Source: the human T2T-CHM13v2.0 reference genome, Homo sapiens. Taken from it: DNA of 64,000 nucleotides. The first letter of the stretch is position 1, and each line of letters starts with the position of its first letter. A program made the position numbers and the translations under genes. A model generated the notes under the pieces. The model had not been told where the DNA came from. It saw only the letters and a list, made by a program, of their open reading frames with translations, and ran no database searches. Positions 60,071-64,000 of the stretch are shown here, in pieces. Location: the NCBI RefSeq assembly GCF_009914755.1, contig NC_060927.1, one strand, 5' to 3'.

Positions 60071-60787
60071 TACACCAGATAGAGTTAAATAAGCAAAGCC
60101 TGCACACAAGACTATTGCAAGAGAATGAACTCAACTCTGCTGAAACAAAAAGCAGGTGAACTTTCTAAGCACTGGGATGAGCTAGTGGAAGAAAACTGCA
60201 GGATGTCAGTAGGGAAGCTGGTCAATTTTACTAGACCATATGTATTTTCTAATTATTGCTTGTAGAAGTTAGGCTCCTACCCTCTCCACAGAAACTGGGA
60301 GACGGAGTGTATTTGATGAGTACATTTCAGAGGGATGGCTCCCAAGTCCTTTAGAAAGACATTCCTGAGTTATGAAACTGGCAAGAGCCTGGGAGAAGAT
60401 TTACATCTCAAAGGGCGGAAAAAGAATTTTCAATTACAACTTTTCTCAAGAATGTTCTAAGAAAAGGAAAAGAAAAAATCTTAAGTTTAAATTTAATCAA
60501 GTCTGAGGAACAACAAAAAAATGATTTGTCAGTCAGGCAGCCCTCAGAACCAGAACAAGTTCTGTGAACTCTGGTCAACAATGAGACCAGGCAGCATTTA
60601 TAGAAAATGTAAGTGAAGTATAGAGACAACTTACACGGTTACAGTTTAATTGGTTGATTGGTTACAGAACCTCCCCCAATTACCTAAAGGTCAACAACTG
60701 TGATTGAACCTCATATTGGTTTTGTCTGTGGGGCCTCGTGCAGGAGCTTAGGCCAAATCAATAGCCTCCTCCAAATTTTGTTTAACA
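60071..60787 (-). mobile_element. ERV1 (MER4-group) LTR sequence, probably MER31-like (~60071-60480) plus MER101-like (~60480-60787); the latter is the 3' LTR of the provirus to the right
   Basis: The minus strand reads the PPT-like aaaagaagagaat (60788-60800) directly before TGTTAAAC (the LTR start, 60787). Confidence 0.65.
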
Positions 60788-61418
60788 ATTCTCTTCTTTT
60801 GGTCAAGCTCTCATCTCTACAACCTTCTTATCCTCTCAGCTACTTGTCCTACACATTCCCTTCCTCTCACTCTGGAACTGCACTCCAGGACAAAAACTAC
60901 TCTCCTTTTCCCCTAACAAGAACACATCCTTTATGTAAACTTCATTTACCAAAATTACATCCCAGCCTCCTCACATAAGGAGTTGTTTCCCTTATCATCA
61001 CCATTCTCAATTGCCATATATTGATTAGAATTTCTAACTCTCAGAAACCTCAACTTCCAGTGAAAACCTAGGAAGTAAGCAATTTTGAAATGTTTCCTAT
61101 CAGCATTTGGTAGGTGAGCACCATTTTATAACTTTTAGAAATGTGTTTCCTCATAACACAATTTCCACGTTTATTTACAGACCCATATTTAGTTTCTCTA
61201 TGCTGTATAAAAACAAGATGCCAAAATACATATTATACATGTATACTCAGCAGTTAATGTCTTAGTATTTTAATTTACATAAAAATGACCACAAAATTTT
61301 ATAAATATCTGTTACTTAATAAACACATTCTTGATAGCTTCTTGGCTACCATTATAGCATTATCTTTCCTGTACAGAAAAGCTATTCAACCAGAAACATA
61401 GACCAGTACAATAACAGG

Positions 61419-61737
61419 CAGTAGCCCCGCCCCATTGTCTGTGGAGGATGTTTCAAGACCCACAAAGGATGTCTGAAACCATGGGTAGTATTAAACCCTA
61501 CATGTACTATGTTTTTTCCTATATATACCTATGACAAAGTTTAACTTATAGATTAGGTACCGTAAGAGATTAACAATAGTGAAATAGAACAATTACAACA
61601 ATATACTGCAGTGAAAGCTATGTGAATGTGGTCTCTCAAAATATTGTACTGTATGCACTCACCTATTCTTGGACCACCGTTGACTGTAGGTAACTGAAAC
61701 CATAGAAAGCAAGACTGTAGATAAGGAAGCACTATTG
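61419..61737 (+). mobile_element. MER44A (Tigger7-derived MITE) inserted in the ERV integrase
   Basis: cagtag...ctattg termini with TA on the right; ttcaagaccc..ggatgtctgaaacc core; ~320 bp. Confidence 0.82.
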
Positions 61738-62213
61738 TATTCGTATCCTGTTTAATGTGGTAATTGAATGAAATCCCACTGTTAATGTTGAAATGGTCCT
61801 TCAGGTAGCAGAAAGGTGCCGCCTGGAGATTTGATTGTCTTCCAAGGCTTATGGGTTTGGCAAACCAAATATTAGGCACAAACTATTTTAGCAATTTTGT
61901 CACCCCACCGATTTTTTTTATAATTTGGATCATTTTGCCTATTACATGAGTTGTAGAGTTCAAAGTTCTTAACAAGGGAATCTTCAAGGACTCAGGGAGG
62001 ACCAGGTAGCCATCCAGGCACTGCGTGAGTCCATGCTTAACACTGAATTTACTTTCTTTCAGATACCAATTTTTTTTCTCCAAATCAGGGGCTTTGCGTT
62101 GTTTATTACATAGATCATCATAAACATTGACTTGGATCAATCATATAGGTATCATTCTAATTGCACATCCTATCCATTCAGCACTAGCTGATTTAGCATT
62201 CCCTTTACAGTTA

Positions 62214-62885
62214 TGGGCTTCACCCTTGGATGCATCTGGCTGAGATTGAGATTCTATCTAAAGTTGCCTCAACCCTGCCACCTCTTTGGTGTAGTTCTGG
62301 CCCTCAGTGCTGCAGCTTCCATGTGCTTCTCCAGCTTTGCCTCCAGATGCTAGGTGCATTCCCTCACCTGATCTGAATTTTCATGTTCCCCTTTTAGCTT
62401 CTCTACAATACCTTTGAGATGTTTCACTATGACCTGTGACTGCTAGGACTCCTCCTCTGCTGGCCTTCCACCTGTACTCCTCCTGTCATGTAGCCTCTGA
62501 CTTCGTCAGTTCCTTGCTGAGCTCCTGCCAGAGCTTGGCCAGCTCCACATTCTGCTTGCCGCCCACATGGCTCATGGCTTGGTTCGAGGTATCCCTCAGG
62601 ATGGAGTTCTGCAGCTGCCCCTGAAGAATCCAGATCTTGCCCTAAATCTGCTGCACCTCCTTCATGTGCTCCCAGTAGTTGGCCCACATGGTCACTTCTG
62701 GGCCATCAGCTGCTTTTTCACCTTGGCCTCCCAGACTGCTGTCTTGACATTTTTCACGACATCTCCTTCTAAGTTCCCTCAGTTTGCTCTTGGGGACAGA
62801 CACATCTTCCCACTCCATGAACAGCAGCTTTTACTTCTCTTCCAGCTGGCATTTTAGAATTGCCACCATATTGCCTTCTGAGTGG
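62214..62885 (-). pseudogene. RRBP1: Intronless, internally deleted RRBP1 (ribosome-binding protein 1, p180) coiled-coil coding fragment embedded in the ERV
   Basis: Minus-strand translation: VAILKCQLEEK*KLL..EDVSVPKSKLREL, EAKVKKQL, YWEHMKEVQQI*GKI, NSILRDTSNQAMSHVGGKQNVELAKLWQELSK, VKHLKGIVEKLKGEHENSDQVRE, QNYTKEVAGLRQL*IESQSQ. These match recalled RRBP1 (VAILKRQLEEKEKLL; NSILRDALNQATSQVESKQNAELAKLRQELSK; QNYAKEVAGLRQLLLESQSQ). Multiple stops and frameshifts. Confidence 0.88.
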
Positions 62886-63216
62886 GGAAGCAGTTCAATT
62901 TGGTCTAAAAGGAGGAGGCTTATTGGTAGACTGGCATAAAAAAATAAAAAATCTCTGTTCCTATGTCTTGTTTGTTTGCCATAAAGGCAGACATATTGGG
63001 ATAAAGACTTTTTTAGTCTAGGTCTTTTGGTTGTAGGATAAAATAAGGAAATAAGGATGAAAAAGTCCCTTTGGTCTAATCCCTGCAATAGTTGTAATTG
63101 GAGGGAAATAAGTTTGTTAGCTTTTGGCAATTTTTCTTATTTTAAAGTCCTCTCAAGGTGTTCAGCTAAAGCTACCAATTCAGCTATATTTATAACTTCC
63201 TATCCACTTTATGCTT

Positions 63217-63573
63217 TTGTTGTTGTTGTTTGTTTTGGTTTTTTGTTTTTTTGTTTTTTTGTTTTTTTTTTTTTTGAGATAGAGTCTCACTCTATTGCCC
63301 AGGCAGTAGTGCAGTGGTGCAATTTTACAATTTCGGCTCACCACAACCTCCACCTCAAGGGTTCAAGGGTTCAAGCGTTTCTCCTGTATCAGCCTCCCAA
63401 GTAGCTGGGATTACAGGTGCCCGCAGCCACACCCAGCTAATTTTTGTATTTTTAGTAGAGACGTGGTTTCACCATGTTGACCCGGCTGGTCTTGAACTCC
63501 TGACCTCAAGTGATCCACCCTCCTTAGCCTCCCAAAGTGCTAGGATTACAGGCATGAGCCCCTGCTCCCAGCC
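63217..63573 (-). mobile_element. AluS (Sx-like) with a (TTG)n/T-rich tail, inserted in ERV gag
   Basis: Antisense Alu dimer. Degenerate TSD actttatgctt (63206-16) / agtttatgttt (63574-84). Confidence 0.92.
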
Positions 63574-64000
63574 AGTTTATGTTTCTTAATCAGACTGCTA
63601 CATTTAGGACAAAGTTTGTTTATAAATAAAGCAGTTAATGCCATTTCAGTCTCTCAAGGAAATACTCCCTTGTTGTATTTTAAACACAGAATATTTTACA
63701 AATGTTGTTTCTAAATGATCTCCGTAATGTGAAACCAGCTCATCTTTCTTCTGCTTGCAAGAATATGTGTTGGTCCAATCAGTTTTCTGTGGAAAAACCT
63801 TAAGGATTGAATTTAAATGGTTTTTAGTGACGCTCCCAGCTCATTTCATGCCTTCTCACGAGGAAGAAGAAGTCTTTAATATCCTGCTCAAGTTCTTTCC
63901 ATTCTACTGCTGCTATCCATTTACAAGCTTCATCAAGTCCAAATATCATGTAAATAAATTGGTAATCATCAGGGTGTCCTGATGGTAAATTCCTATGAGA

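Larger units (their letters stand above)
60788..64000 (-). mobile_element. Defective class-I ERV internal region: gag remnant (~62886-64000), RNaseH-end/integrase remnant (~61320-62213), PPT; continues beyond the window
   Basis: Minus-strand translations: gag MHR-like VFPQKTDWTNTYSCKQKKDELVSHY, AELVALAEHLERTL and degenerate Zn knuckle CLYGKQTRHRNRD. Pol-like DGYLVLPESLKIPLLRTLNSTTH, GPFQH*QWDFIQLP and RKDNAIMVAKKL. Confidence 0.8.

Noticed and set aside
62214-62885. Functional RRBP1 or KTN1 gene, or an intact gag-RRBP1 fusion protein
   Set aside because: Many stops and frameshifts and no introns. The peptides match recalled RRBP1 rather than its paralogue kinectin. The 62831-63130 ORF crosses the junction, but decay prevents any claim about the original frame.

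Overview
This is AT-rich primate (human-like) genomic DNA that is intergenic or deep intronic. I see no host protein-coding exon, RNA gene or CRISPR array, and most of the window is interspersed repeats. These are LINE-1 copies of many ages, four Alus, a full-length THE1 MaLR, several solo LTRs, DNA-transposon fossils (Tigger3, MER47A, MER44A, MER5) and MIR/L2 remnants. One L1 is a full-length L1PA2-type element at 52.2-58.2 kb with broken ORF1 and ORF2 but an intact antisense ORF0. The most unusual structure is at 60-64 kb. There a minus-strand class-I (MER4-group-like) endogenous retrovirus reads gag, spliced RRBP1 coding sequence, RNaseH-end/integrase, PPT, LTR. The host cDNA sits where pro/RT should be and has no poly(A) or TSD, which looks like fossil retroviral gene capture. 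Other notable items are a probable ancient L1 3' transduction (37.5-38.6 kb), two twin-primed L1 inversions, a 92-nt near-perfect hairpin (48.1 kb), a template-switch palindrome (3.07 kb), a locally templated 49-bp copy (41.3 to 42.65 kb) and a repeat-free, TCF/SOX/homeobox-rich candidate enhancer (21.7-22.4 kb). Repeat subfamily names are from recalled consensus sequences and need RepeatMasker/Dfam confirmation.
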